Positions 9,839-21,506 of a stretch of 64,000 nt of DNA are shown here, piece by piece. This stretch comes from an uncultured delta proteobacterium (lineage in GTDB: Bacteria; Desulfobacterota; Syntrophia; Syntrophales; UBA5619), in assembly GCA_963817385.1 (NCBI GenBank), contig CAWFOM010000028.1, positions 1 through 64,000 on the forward strand, given 5' to 3'. The first letter of the stretch is position 1. Every line of letters begins with the position of its first letter. The translations under genes and the position numbers were made by a program. Below the pieces are notes generated by a model. The model saw only the letters and a program-made list of their open reading frames with translations. It was not told where the DNA came from and searched no databases.

Positions 9839-12800
9839 AACGCGCGGCGATATACGGGCTGATCGCCGTTCTGGCGGCAGCTCTCATCGGTGCGGGGGTG
9901 TGGGGCGCGGCCTGGCTCACCGGTACGACGGACGGCGCCCGCTGGCTCATGGACGCGGTTTCCCGCCATACGCCGCTTACGATCTCCGCCCGGGCAGGTC
10001 GAGGGGAGGCTGCTTCGACCGCCTGCAACTGGGGGGCGTCCGCGTGGTCCTGGCGCCGGTGGAGGTGGAGATGGACAGCCTCGACTTCCGCTGGGCGCCG
10101 CTCAGCCTCCTTTCGGGACGGATTGCCGCGAAAGAGCTGACCCTGACAGGCGTGCGGATCCGCGACAACACGCCCAAGGAAACGCCGCCGGATCTCACCT
10201 GGCCCCGGGTTTCCGGGTTGGCGGCGTTTTTCGACGGACGGATCGAGCGACTGCAGGTGAACGGCCTGACCTACCGCCGTCTCGACGGGCCGCCGGTGAC
10301 CGTGACCGCCATCTCCTCCTCCGTGACCTGGCACAGCGCGCTGTTCTCCCTCTCCGATCTTGCCGTCGCTGCGCCTGTCCGGCCGCGTCACGGGGAGCAT
10401 CGCGGCCGGCTTTTCCCGCCGTCCCTCCGGTTTGACCTTGCCGTGGCCCCGGCCGCGGCCGTCGCGGGGATGGATGCCTTTTCCCTGCAGGGCCGGTTTC
10501 TTCCCGGGCGGAGCCCCGAGCAGCTGGCGGGGGACTTCACCGTTGCCGGTTCATCGGGCAGTGTAAAGCGCCTGGAGCTCGCGGGGGAGGCGGGGATGAC
10601 CAGAAAGGCCTTCAATCTGCGGAAGCTTCGCCTGACCAGGCCGGGCCGGGCGGGTCGGCTCACGGGCGGGGGGACGGTCACGCTGACCGCACGGGAGCCG
10701 CTCCTGGCGCTGCAGCTTGAGGCGGCCGGCCTCGATCTGGCCCCCGAACTCAACGTGCCGACCGACCTCTCCGGGACCCTGACGCTCGCGGGAACCCCGG
10801 AGCTCTACCGGGGTGAGGTTACGCTTGCCAACCGGGGAAAGGGTGGCAGACGGCGCGTCTCTCCGGTTCGTATCAGGGCGACGGCACAGGGGTGAGGTGG
10901 GCTCCGCTCCGCGGCTCGCTCCTTGCCGGGTCCGTGCAGGGGAACCTGGGTATCCGCTGGCGCGACGGGATCTCCCTGGAGGGGACGATCCGCGGGAGGA
11001 ATCTCAATCCGGCCGATGTTGATCCCGACTGGGCGGGGGTGGTCAACTTCGATCTCGCGGGGGACGCTGCGTGGCCGGGCCAGGCCCCGCCAAAGGGGAA
11101 GGTGAACGGCAGGCTTCTGGAGAGCCGCCTGCACGGGCAGTCCCTGACCGGGGACATCCAGGCGGATTTCGCCGGTGGCGACCTCCATGTCGATCATCTG
11201 GCGCTCCAGGGAAAGGGATTCGATATCAATGCGGCGGGCGACCTCGGCCGCCGGCTGGCCTTCGATGCCCAGGTCGGCGATCTGGGACGGCTGATCCCCC
11301 GGACGGCCGGGGAGCTTCGGGCCGACGGGTGGGTGCGCTGGCGTGACGGGCGTCTGGACGGCTCCGTCACCGGCCGGGGGTGCGAACCTTGCCGCGGGCG
11401 GGGTGCGGATCGCCGCCGCGAACCTCACCGCCCGGCTCGGGGAAGAGAAGGGATCCCCCCTGCACGTCGCCGCAACCCTCCGCAAGGTGGCCTATGGACG
11501 CTTTCAGGCCGATTCGGTGAACCTGGAGGCGGACGGGACCGCCCAGCGGCACACGATCAACGCGGCGCTCCAGGCGGCCGGCGCCGAGGCGCGGACAGCC
11601 CTCTCCGGGGCATACAGCCGGGGAAGCTGGCAGGGGGAGATCGTCCGTTTCTCCGGCCGGGACGGCATCGGACCGTGGAGCCTCGATGCTCCCGCGGCGC
11701 TGTCCGTTGCCGCCGGGCGAATCACGCTTGCCCCCCTCGTTATCGCGGGCGGGCAGTCGGAGCGGCTCGAAATCGCCGGCGATCTGACCGGGGAGCCGCC
11801 GGGCGGTTCCGTCCGGGTAGCGTGGAAGGGTCTGAATCTGGCCAGGGTGAACCCCTGGCTCACGGAGGTGCGGGTCGCGGGAACCAGCGCCGGAGCCGTC
11901 CGGCTGCGCTTTCCGGAGGGGGAGCAGCCTGCCTTTTCGGGGAACGCCCGGGCGGCGGGAACGGTGACGGCGGAGAGGTACGGGATTACCGTGCAGGAGG
12001 GTTCGCTCAGTCTCGACGGGGACGAACAGGGGATGAAGGCCGGGATGGAACTCCGCCTGGCCGGCGGGGGAATGCTGAAGGGAGCTTTTTCGTCTCCTGC
12101 GCCGGCCCGTCTGTCCATCCCGGAAACCGGGAAAGTGACGGCGGAATGGGCGGATATCGACCTGGCGCTGCTCCGTCGCTGGCTGCCCGGCGATCTCAGC
12201 CTCGCCGGACGCCTCGCCGGGCGGGTCACCGGGAACATCCTCCCCGGGGAACGGCTCGATCTCACGGGGAAGATATCCCTCGCCCGGGGAAAGATCCGTT
12301 GGCAACAGGGAAACGAGGCCGTCGACGCGACCCTGCCCCGGCGGATCTCGAATGGGGCTGGCAGGGGGCGCTGCGCGGCCCCGCCGCGGAGATCGGCGCC
12401 GGACGGCTCGTCGTGGCCGGGCGGATCGGCGCCTCGGGCGTCCTGACCGTGGACGGGCGCCGGATCAGCGTGGAGCAGGTTATCGCTCAGCCTTGACGGA
12501 AACGAACGCGGCCTGCACGCGACGTGGAGCTCTCCCTGGCCGGCGGGGGAAGCCGTGAAAGGGCGCTTCTCCTCGCCCCGGCCCGCAGGTCCTGGCCGTT
12601 CCCGGCGAGGGGGAGGTGGATCTGGAATGGGCCGGCATCGACCTGTCGCTCATCCGTCCCTGGCTGCCCCGTGCCGTCAACCTGGAAGGGCGTCTCGCAG
12701 GCCGGGCGACGGGGAATCTTCTCCCGGAACAGCGGTTCGCCCTGAAGGGCGACGCCGCCCTTTCCGGGGGGAAGGTCCGCTGGCTGAGGCCGGAGGGGGA

Positions 12801-14313
12801 GATCAATTTAACCTGCGCTCCGCTTCCGTCTCGTGGGACTGGCAGGGAGAGGCGCTTCGCGGCACCGTTGCCCTGGCGCTGATGGAGCAGGGACAGGTCC
12901 GGGGGAGTTTCCAACTGCCGATCCCGGCGCGCCTCCCGACCGCCTTCGACCGCAAGGGGCCTCTTCAGGCGTCCCTGACCGGGCAGGTCCGGGAGAAGGG
13001 GCTTCTCACCTCCCTCTTCCCGGGATTCATCCGGGAGAGCCGCGGGGAACTCGACGCCGATCTGCGGGTCGGCGGGACGCTGGGAGGAGCCGACGATCGA
13101 GGGGAACCTGAAGCTGGCCAAGGCGGGGGCGTATCTGCCCACGGCGGGCATCCATGTCAGCGACGTCCAGCTCGCGATGCGGCTGGAAAAGGACCTCCTC
13201 CGCATCGATTCCTTCCGGGCCCTCGTCCGGCCCCGGCCATATCGAGGGGACGGCCCTCGTCCGGCTCAAGGGGTGGCAGGTGGCCGGCTACAGCGGAAGC
13301 ATCAACGGCGAGCGGTTCCAGATTGTCTATCTCCCCGAGCTGCAGATCCTGAGCATCGCCGACGCCTCACGTTCGAGGGCACGACGGAAAAACTGGCCAT
13401 CCGCGGCGAGGTGCGCCTGCCGGAGCTGCTCATCTTCGGCCCGCCGACCCGGGCGGTGATCCTGCCCAGCCGGGATGTGATCCTGGAGGGGGCGCCGAAG
13501 CCCGCCGAAAAGACCTCTCCGCTGGCCCTGGATGTCCAGGTCCGCCTGATGCTCGGCGAGAGGGTCCTGGTCAAGGTGGAAGGGATCGACGCCCAATTGG
13601 GCGGGAGGATCGACCTGATGTTCCAAAGCCTCGACAAGATCACGAGCAAGGGCGAGATCAGGGTGGTCAAGGGGCGCTACAGGGCCTACGGCGTGGATCT
13701 GGAGATCGTCCGCGGGCGCCTGTTTTACGCGGGCGGACCCATCAACCAGCCGACCCTGGATATCCTGGCGCTTCGCACCGTCGGCGACGTGCGGGCAGGC
13801 GTCACGGCCGGGGGGATCCTGCGGGCGCCGGTGATCAAGCTCTACTCCGAACCGGCCATGCCGGATGTGGATATCCTGGCCTACATCGTTTTCGGCCATC
13901 CGCTCGGCAACAGCAGCAACAGCGAACAGGCGGGCATGATGGCGCAGGTGGCCAGCGTCCTGCTTTCCGGGGGCAATCGGTCGTCCTGCAGGAACAGATC
14001 AAGAACCGGCTGGGGCTCAGCACCCTGGAGCTCCAGTCGGACCGCAGAGGCCGCCGGCCGCATGGGGTATAAGGAGATCCCGGTCGCCCCGCCGGCGTCG
14101 CCCCGGCAAAGCAGGCGGCCGGCGTCTCCCAGACGATGCTGACCGTGGGGAAATACCTGACGCCCCAGCTCTATTTCAGTTACGGGCGGTCGCTGTTCAC
14201 CGGCGGCAACCTGTTTCGCCTCCGCTACGATCATCTTCAAGCAGTGGCAGATCGAAACGCAGACGGGGAGCGAGAGCGGCGTGGATCTCTATTACAAGAT
14301 CGATTTCAATTGA
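9835..14313 (+). CDS. tamB: Translocation/assembly module TamB (many frameshifts)
   Basis: N-terminal TM followed by GTTDGARW; C-terminal GRYRAYG..L, LYSEP.M...DILAY, TVGKYLTPQLY, DLYYKIDF; overlaps the tamA stop. Confidence 0.85.
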
Positions 14314-14397
14314 TGCGCGTGCCGGTCGGAAGATGATGCAGATCCGGCGACGGAGACGCTATAAATATGGACGAATCCTATCCCAATTTCGTCTTGG

Positions 14398-15339
14398 TCA
14401 GTTTTTCCACCTGGAGAAGCGTTGCGCCGGGCGAGGTCGCTCAAGCCCCGGGCGTCGTAGGACGCCGCCAGGCGCAGCAAATAGCGGGGGTTTTCCGGTT
14501 CGGCCGCTACGGCTTTTGCGACTGCTTCCGTGGCCTGCGCAGTGGAGACCTCTCTTTGCAAGGAGTTCGCCCAGACGGTACCAGCAGGCCCCTGCGGAAG
14601 CGGGATTGAGGAGCGCCGCCCGGGCGTAGGCGTCCGCCGCCGCCTCCGGCTTCCCCCGATGGATGAGGATGTCGCCGAGATCCATGAGATAAAGCGGGTC
14701 ATCGGGTTTCAGCGCCAGGCACCGCTCCATGGCCGCCTGTGCATTTTCCGGACGGCCTGCACGGAGAAGGCCGTCGGCCAGACGGCTGAAAAAGAGCGGT
14801 GCGTCCGAGGGGTCGATCTCGGCGGCCCTTCTGTACGCCGCTTCGGCCTCCCCGATCCTGCCAAGGGCGAGTCGGGCAGCGCCCAGCGCACACCAGTGCT
14901 CCGGGGCTTCCGGTTCGAGGGCGATCAGCGTTTCGCAGACGCGCAGGGCGTCGACGGCCCGATCCGCCGTGAGATATGCGTCGCCGAGGGTTTTGAGCAG
15001 GCCGACATCTTCCGGCTGTGCAGCCGAAGCCCGCTCGCAGACCGAGATAAGCGCTTCCCAGTTCCGCCCCTCCCGATAGATGCGGACGAGTTCGTCATAG
15101 GCAAAGCCGGTGAAGAGTTTTCGCGAGAGCTCCTTCTGGAAGAGGCGCTCGAAACAGCCGGCGGCCTCCTGCGGCCTTCCGCTGTCGTGAAGCGCCCAGG
15201 CCAGGGAGAGGAGATGGGATTCCTCTTCCGGGAATGTCTCGGTGAGTTTCCGGTAGAGCGCGACGGCTTCGGTGTGACGTCCCGTCCTGATCAGGGCATC
15301 GGCGAGGTTACGGTCGGGGAGGGGTTGCTCGTCTTTCAT
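14398..15339 (-). CDS. Tetratricopeptide repeat protein (3' end frameshifted, end approximate)
   Basis: Multiple TPR-like repeats (LG..Y..A...P). Confidence 0.8.
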   Translation of the reverse strand: MKDEQPLPDRNLADALIRTGRHTEAVALYRKLTETFPEEESHLLSLAWALHDSGRPQEAAGCFERLFQKELSRKLFTGFAYDELVRIYREGRNWEALISVCERASAAQPEDVGLLKTLGDAYLTADRAVDALRVCETLIALEPEAPEHWCALGAARLALGRIGEAEAAYRRAAEIDPSDAPLFFSRLADGLLRAGRPENAQAAMERCLALKPDDPLYLMDLGDILIHRGKPEAAADAYARAALLNPASAGACWYRLGELLAKRGLHCAGHGSSRKSRSGRTGKPPLFAAPGGVLRRPGLERPRPAQRFSRWKN

Positions 15340-15396
15340 TTATTGGGGCATTTGGTGGCATTTATGGCTTTGCCGGGGATGTCGTTGGGCATGACG

Positions 15397-15430
15397 AAAA
15401 AACCCCGGAGGCTCCGGGAGCCTCCGGGGT
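15397..15430 (-). terminator. Intrinsic terminator after the HesB-like gene
   Basis: ACCCCGGAGGCTC-CCG-GAGCCTCCGGGGT stem followed by a U tract on the minus strand. Confidence 0.8.
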
Positions 15431-15436
15431 GCGCTT

Positions 15437-15751
15437 TCAGCAACTGCAAGATGATCCGCAGGCGCTTTCCTGACTCAGGCTGGAGGTCAGTTTGAATCCC
15501 GATCCCCGCGGGGTGGTAACGAAATCGATCTCTATCGGTTTGACCTTTTCAAAGAGGGCCTTCTCGACCAGGTAGGTCACCCCCCGGTCCTCGAATATCT
15601 CATCTTCCTTTGTTGACTCATCCAGAGCCATGCCCAGTGAGGGCCCGGATCAGCCACCCTCCTGCATCACCACCCTGATGGAGGGGGCTTCCGTGCGACT
15701 CTTAAGGAACTCCTTAATCATCTCACTTGCTTTTTCAGATACGGAAAACAT
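15437..15751 (-). CDS. HesB/IscA-like selenoprotein (UGA at 15652-15650)
   Basis: MFSVSEKA...IRVVMQEGG-TGA-SGPSLGMALDE...CGSSCSC in a single frame; AAGGAG RBS; hairpin directly 3' of the UGA. Confidence 0.88.
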
Positions 15752-15874
15752 GCTTATCTCCTTTTCTTGGACCCTCTTCCGGTCCGTTTTGAATTTCTCT
15801 CTAACTTAACGATCAAATCATTTTTGTCAAACGATATTTACCATTCCTTCAGAAAATTCGCCTTCCGCGCCGGG

Positions 15875-16640
15875 CTACATCTTGTGGCAGCGGTCACAAT
15901 TTTCCTTTACGGTAAATGCCCCTTTGCCTTCGTTATGGCAGGCGCCGCATGACTTTGCCGCCTCCATCTCAGCCATCGTGATTCTCTTGTTCTTCGCAGA
16001 GGGGAGATAGAGCTTGACGTGGCAATCGCCGCACTTGAACATGCCCGTGTGCAGTTCGTGGCTGAATTTGACGTCACCCGTATCCGGCACCTTGAAATTC
16101 ACATCCTTGAAGGGATGGCACTTGATGCACTCTTCGGTCTTGAAGGCCTCTTTGCCGTTATGGCAGGCGCCGCAGGATTTGCCTTTTTCCATCTGGGCCA
16201 TCGTGACCGGCTTTTTTGCGGCCATATCGTAGATCTTGGGATGGCAGACGGCGCAGTTGTTCGCCTTGAGGTGCTTCTTGTGGCTGAAGGTTACCGGTCC
16301 CGTCTCCTTCACTTTCATGGTTATATCGGCAACTTTGTGACATTTGATGCAATCCTTGAGATCGAAGGCCCGCTTGCCGTTGTGGCAGGCGCCGCAGGAT
16401 TTGCCTTTTTCCATATCCGCCATGGTGTAATGAGCTTTTTTCCTGAGGTTGAAAATGGCATTATGGCAGGTCTTGCAGTTATTCTTGATGCCCTCCTGTC
16501 TGAAATGCTCGTTATGGTTGAATATCGACCTTGCCGAAATTTGCTATTTTAAAGGTGACATCCTTGATGTCGATCGCATAAGCGAAGGAGCATGTCAACA
16601 CCGTTATGGTCAAGATGAAAAACAGATACCGCTGCTTCAT
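15875..16640 (-). CDS. Periplasmic nonahaem cytochrome c built from three c7-type trihaem repeats (CbcC/GSU0592-like; frameshift near 16520)
   Basis: Signal peptide; 9 CxxCH (CKTCH, CGACH, CIKCH, CAVCH, CGACH, CIKCH, CGDCH, CGACH, CDRCH); repeated F.H..H and TMA.ME.GKSCGACHNG. Confidence 0.88.
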
Positions 16641-16802
16641 GATTGCCTCCAGAAAAACAAAAGAACAGAGTCTCCGCCCTGCGACACCGTCCTCTATTTG
16701 CCCTGTTACTCTTTTTTCACCCGAAAAGATCGATAGGCATAAGAAGGAAATCGAGCCACACCTTCTATGTGAATGTTCCATTATAGAATAATTGTCGATT
16801 AG

Positions 16803-17465
16803 TCAATGCTTATTGCCTGCCGTGGTGGATTCCACCTCTTCCCATCCGGTCCACATCTGACGGAAATGGGCAAAAGGCGTATGTCCCAGCGTGGCCATGT
16901 AGATGTGGACGCAGAGGAAGGCAAAAAAAGAGCAGGCGATCAGGTAATGGGCGTCCACGAGAAACTTGATCCCTCCGATCATGATGATCCACCCCCGCAG
17001 AGGCGCGACGTTCATGAGGAGAAGGCCGCTGATGATGACGAGCGGCAGGAACAGGAACATGATGAACAGGTAGCTCATTTTCTGGATGGCGTTGAACTTG
17101 TTGTCCAGCGTGGCGTTATGGGGATTCTTTCGCCCCAGAAAGTAGTCAAAGAAATAAAAAAACGCCTGCCGGAATATCCCCTGCTTGATATCGTCCAGAT
17201 TGGGGACATAGACTTTTACCAGATTCCTCGCGACGAACAGATAGTAAAAAAACCAGAGGAAGAAGGAGATCGCCACGGTCACGCCGGCGATATCGTGCAG
17301 CTTGATGGCCGCCTTGTACGTGCCGAAGATATTGGCATACTCCGGGAATCTGATCTGTATGCCCGTGACACAGAGGGTGACGATTCCGAGGGCGTTCAGC
17401 CAGTGCCATATCCTTACCGGTGTGGGGGTAAAATAGATCAGCTCTTTGGGTGTTTCATGTGACAT
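16803..17465 (-). CDS. cbcB: Dihaem cytochrome b membrane subunit (CbcB-like)
   Basis: RIWHWLNA, KLHD, KFNAIQK, AHY, VHIYMAT; four TM helices; directly downstream of a 7-haem cytochrome. Confidence 0.75.
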   Translation of the reverse strand: MSHETPKELIYFTPTPVRIWHWLNALGIVTLCVTGIQIRFPEYANIFGTYKAAIKLHDIAGVTVAISFFLWFFYYLFVARNLVKVYVPNLDDIKQGIFRQAFFYFFDYFLGRKNPHNATLDNKFNAIQKMSYLFIMFLFLPLVIISGLLLMNVAPLRGWIIMIGGIKFLVDAHYLIACSFFAFLCVHIYMATLGHTPFAHFRQMWTGWEEVESTTAGNKH

Positions 17466-17467
17466 GA

Positions 17468-18520
17468 TCAATGCTCCTTTCTTCTCTTCCTGGTGAGGAA
17501 ACGTAATGTGCCGTGCAAGATGGGCACCATGAGCCCCCCGGCTGCGATCACCGCCCCGATGATGCTCAACAGGGTGCTTCTCGTTGATCCCAGCATGTAG
17601 AAATCCGGGGTGCCGTACAGGATGTCCAGGATGGCGCCTTTCTCTACCGGTATCCGGCTGTATGTGCCGTCCTGCTGAGGAAAGGCAAGATAGCTCGTCT
17701 GTTGTGCATTGGGTCCCGAGGCGTGGCAGAAGGTGCAATCCCAGCGGTTTTCCAGAATCTGATAATTGTGTGTTACCACCTCCGGCATCATTGTCCCCAT
17801 GAGGCTCAGACTTCGATATTTGCTGCTCGTATTGAAATTCTTCAACTCGCTCAAGGAGAGAAAGTTGTCGCCGTTGGCGTCGATCAACGACTCGGCCTTT
17901 TTCCCCGCCGCTAAGAATGGCTGCAGCTCGTCAGAATCGGCCAGCTTGACGCCGCCCAACGGTGAGTCTTTTACATTTTTTGCGATGTACATGGTGATCA
18001 CATAATTTTTCGAGCCCGTATGGCAGGTTATGCACGGTAAGTCGTCGATATGGAGCGCCGCCTGGGGCAGCCACTTGGAGTGGGTCTTGATCATTTCCGC
18101 ATATTCGTGACACTTGGCGCACTGGATGTTGATGTCGCGGCCGGAAACGGCCAGCAGCGACTTGACGGCATGAGGCTTGTGGCAATCGGTGCAGCCGGCA
18201 TTCTTTCCATGCAGGCTTTGATTATACTCGGCAGCGACAGCGGCGTGACAATCCTGGCACTTTGCGCGGGACGGTCTGATGCCGTCCTCCGGATGACGTT
18301 TCGTTACTTTGTCATGGCAGGAAACACATCCGATGCGCGCATGGGTCGTTAACTCATATTTTACCGGATCGATATAGAGGTGAACCCCTTTATTCATGAT
18401 CGTCTTTTCGCTGTGACAGGTCATGCATCTGTTTTCAGCTGCATCAACCGCCGGCGCCGCCATCATGAGCATGAGCGCTGATGCCAGTAAAATCAGAATC
18501 CACTTTGTCTGACTCATCAA
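17468..18520 (-). CDS. cbcA: Heptahaem cytochrome c with C-terminal membrane anchor (CbcA-like)
   Basis: Signal peptide, 7 CxxCH (CMTCH, CVSCH, CQDCH, CTDCH, CAKCH, CITCH, CTFCH), C-terminal TM with PILHG. Confidence 0.75.
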   Translation of the reverse strand: MMSQTKWILILLASALMLMMAAPAVDAAENRCMTCHSEKTIMNKGVHLYIDPVKYELTTHARIGCVSCHDKVTKRHPEDGIRPSRAKCQDCHAAVAAEYNQSLHGKNAGCTDCHKPHAVKSLLAVSGRDINIQCAKCHEYAEMIKTHSKWLPQAALHIDDLPCITCHTGSKNYVITMYIAKNVKDSPLGGVKLADSDELQPFLAAGKKAESLIDANGDNFLSLSELKNFNTSSKYRSLSLMGTMMPEVVTHNYQILENRWDCTFCHASGPNAQQTSYLAFPQQDGTYSRIPVEKGAILDILYGTPDFYMLGSTRSTLLSIIGAVIAAGGLMVPILHGTLRFLTRKRRKEH

Positions 18521-18882
18521 TCTTCCTCCTTGCTGTCTGTGGGCTTAGCGCCGGCACATCCCATTAGAATGAATCCATTCATCTACTGGTACGAATTTTC
18601 CGGGGATCGATCATTGCCAAGAGTAGTTCCGCCTCTGCCGGGGCAGGCTGATGTATGACTCCCCTGTACCGTGAATGCGCCACAAAAACAAGGGGAATCG
18701 TTTGCATACCCATAATCAAAGCGCCGACCGCGGAAGAGCATTGGCACAGCCATAGGCCCGATTTCATCCGACCCGGCGGATGGGTTGCTGCCCATGGGCG
18801 CGGTACGATCTCGTCTTCTGCCAATAGCTATTACGGCCACCCCTTTCGCTGAGGACGGATCTCGCCGCTTGCGCCACGTCCT

Positions 18883-18898
18883 TGCAGTGGTTGTGCCA
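18883..18898 (-). promoter_or_regulatory. Sigma54 (-24/-12) promoter of the cbcA-cbcB-cytochrome operon
   Basis: TGGCACAACCACTGCA: GG-N10-GC. Confidence 0.8.
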
Positions 18899-18993
18899 GC
18901 TGGTGCCGGTAACGGGAAATAATTGCAGTTAATGGATTTCATTATAATAATATTCGTCAGCGAGGGGAAGATGCTCTGACCGGTCCGGGAAGA

Positions 18994-19113
18994 TGTACGC
19001 AATTATTATACACAGGAAAGAGTGCATCCGGAATGCAAATTGGTGAATTGCGGCAACATTCCTGAGATACGCCGCACATTTCTCCGATCGCGGCCTGTAT
19101 AAAAAAATATACG
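18994..19113. promoter_or_regulatory. Pair of palindromic enhancer-like sites
   Basis: TGTACG-N7-TATACA (18994-19012) and TGTATAAAAAAATATACG (19096-19113). Confidence 0.7.
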
Positions 19114-19301
19114 AAGAACTGATCGTAATTTTACGCTTACTATGGTAAAAAGGCGGGGAATGCTCAATCTCACCGATGATGCATTGATTTGACTAAAGAG
19201 TTGGATTGCTATACAAGAAAAAAGGGAGTCACGACAGACGGTTTGTTTTTAGTCATATGTCGCGGGCAAGAGACGACACCGGTATTCCTTACGATCGAAT
19301 T

Positions 19302-20744
19302 ATGGAAAAAGGCAATCAAGAAAAATTGCAGGACGGACGCACCCTCCTGATTGTTGATGATGAGGAGGTGATCAGGGAGGGGATGCGCCGCATTCTTACC
19401 GCTGAAGGGTATCATGTGGAAACATCGGCCAGCGGACGATCGGCCATCGAGAAAATCCAGGAACAGGATTTCGATGTGGTGATTACGGATCTGAAAATGC
19501 CCGGCATGGACGGGATCGAAGTGTTGAAAAATATAAAGATTCTGCAACCGGAAGTGCCGGTGATCATGATTACCGGTTACTCGACCGTCGACACGGCTGT
19601 CGAGGCGATGAAAAACGGCGCCTTTGATTATATCGCCAAACCGTTTACCTCGGATCTGATCATCGATAAAGTACGGAAGGCCGTAGACCATAAAATAGCC
19701 ACGACGGAGAGTTTTTCGGTCAAGACAATACCGGGCGACGGCCATGGTTTCGGTGACTTTATCGGCGAAAGCGTCGAGATGCAGAAGGTCTATCGCCGGA
19801 TCATGCAGGTGGCCCCGACCGACAGTACGGTATTGATCACCGGCGAAAGCGGGACGGGCAAGGAACTGGTGGCACGCGCCATACACAAGAACAGCGCCCG
19901 GCATGACCATCCCTTCGTTGCAGTGGACTGCACGTCTCTTCCGGAAACCCTGCTGGAGAGCGAGCTGTTCGGCCATGTAAAAGGTTCATTCACGGGTGCC
20001 ATCCACAGCAAGACGGGACTATTCAAGGTGGCCGACGGGGGCACCCTGTTTCTGGACGAGGTTTCCAATATAAGCCTCGCTACCCAGGCGAAACTCCTCA
20101 GAGTTCTGCAGGAGCGCGTGCTGACCCCCATCGGCGATACCCGGCCGGTCCCGATCGATATCCGCCTCGTGGTGGCCACCAATGTAAACCTGCGGGATAT
20201 GGTGGCCAAGGGCACCTTCCGGGAGGATCTGTTTTTCCGCATCAACGTCATTCCGGTCAATCTTCCCCCCCTGCGGGAGAGGAAGGGAGACCTGCCGCTG
20301 TTGATTCTTCACTTTTTGGGCAAGTTTTCCGAAGAGATCGGCAAGGAGGTGCGGGGTCTGGCGCCCGATGCCATGGCGGTGCTGGAGGGATACGCCTTTC
20401 CGGGCAATGTCCGCGAATTGGAGAATATCCTGGAGAGGGCGGTTGTCCTGTGCGAGGGTGACGTCATCCAGAAGGCAAACCTGGAATTGAGATCCGCGGA
20501 AGAGGAAAGATATCCGGATCCGGATATCGTCCCGCTCAGTCTTGAGGAGTTGAAGGAGACGAAGAAACAGATCCGCGAGCGGGCGGTGGAACCGATTGAA
20601 AAGGCGTTCGTTATCAACGCCCTCAAACGGAATAACTGGAATGTTTCGCAGGCGGCGGAAGAAACAGGGATGCTTCGTCCGAATTTTCATGCCCTCCTGA
20701 AAAAACTGGGCATATCCGTAAAGGATGAGCAAAATAACCAGTAA
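19302..20744 (+). CDS. Sigma54-dependent response regulator (NtrC family, BccR-like by context)
   Basis: REC (DDE, DLKMP, KPF), GESGTGKE, GSFTGA, LFLDE, FPGNVRELEN, C-terminal HTH. Confidence 0.92.
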   Translation: MEKGNQEKLQDGRTLLIVDDEEVIREGMRRILTAEGYHVETSASGRSAIEKIQEQDFDVVITDLKMPGMDGIEVLKNIKILQPEVPVIMITGYSTVDTAVEAMKNGAFDYIAKPFTSDLIIDKVRKAVDHKIATTESFSVKTIPGDGHGFGDFIGESVEMQKVYRRIMQVAPTDSTVLITGESGTGKELVARAIHKNSARHDHPFVAVDCTSLPETLLESELFGHVKGSFTGAIHSKTGLFKVADGGTLFLDEVSNISLATQAKLLRVLQERVLTPIGDTRPVPIDIRLVVATNVNLRDMVAKGTFREDLFFRINVIPVNLPPLRERKGDLPLLILHFLGKFSEEIGKEVRGLAPDAMAVLEGYAFPGNVRELENILERAVVLCEGDVIQKANLELRSAEEERYPDPDIVPLSLEELKETKKQIRERAVEPIEKAFVINALKRNNWNVSQAAEETGMLRPNFHALLKKLGISVKDEQNNQ

Positions 20745-20800
20745 CCGTTAAGGCCCGCTTACCCAGCGGGAAGCCGCAGGGTAAGCGCTCGCGGACGGAT

Positions 20801-21047
20801 TCAGGGTTGATCGGCAGGACCGGGGGCGGGTTGTACGGGTTCCTTTTTTATCCCTTTTGCAAATCCCAGCAGCATCAGTACGGCGGGAATAAGCTGAGCG
20901 ACCACGATCAGGGCGCAGAAAGCCAGGAATATCCAGACAAACAGATTGCTGTTATCCTCCCGACGCGGTTTCGGCCCACAGCGGGGCGGCACTGAAAAAC
21001 AGCGCGATAGCCGGGGCGATCGTTTTAACGCGTGCTATCTGTTTCAT
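20801..21047 (-). CDS. Small membrane protein (signal peptide plus one TM; frameshift near 20965)
   Basis: GGAGG RBS; WIFLAFCALIVVAQLIP, paralogous to 21507-21746. Confidence 0.7.
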
Positions 21048-21070
21048 AATTTCCTCCTGAGGCGGTTCGT

Positions 21071-21478
21071 TCAGTTCGCGTGCGCTCTTCTTGCATAATC
21101 AGTCCTGGTCAGGCTTTCCATGGCGCACTTTACCACCTGCCTGATTTCTTCTTCGTCCTCCGGTTCCGCCGGCCGCAGGGCATGATAGAAAATTCCCTCT
21201 TTGCGGACTTTCCTTATCAGGGGCAGGGGCGCGTCATCGGCGATCAGGATGATCATCAGTTTGCGGTTGCATTGTTTCAGGAGCGGCACCAGCTCTGCGG
21301 AGGTGAATTCATCAAGTTCGGTTCCCAGAAGCACAACCTGGGCTGTTTTTTTCAGCACGCCGTGGATGGCCTTTGCGGCAGAGTCCGTTACCGTCACGTC
21401 ATAGCCAGCCTCTATCAGCAGATTTGCCATCTGCTTTCGGGTCGCCACATCCTTATCTGCAATGAGCAATCCCAGCAT
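21071..21478 (-). CDS. Single-domain pseudo-receiver protein
   Basis: Receiver fold pattern (LLIADKD...GYDV...QVVLLG) with Gly in place of the phospho-Asp and RP in place of KP. Confidence 0.75.
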   Translation of the reverse strand: MLGLLIADKDVATRKQMANLLIEAGYDVTVTDSAAKAIHGVLKKTAQVVLLGTELDEFTSAELVPLLKQCNRKLMIILIADDAPLPLIRKVRKEGIFYHALRPAEPEDEEEIRQVVKCAMESLTRTDYARRAHAN

Positions 21479-21506
21479 GATTTCTATCCCCTCTCTTGGT
21501 CTGGCG

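Noticed and set aside
5326..14240. Long antisense ORFs opposite pilT, pilU and tamAB (and similar ones elsewhere)
   Set aside because: These are shadow ORFs caused by high-GC codon bias and show no recognisable motifs
18521..18870. GEMM-I riboswitch upstream of the cbcA-like gene
   Set aside because: No GYAAAC...GCAAAG or GGAAAG core is recognisable on the minus strand
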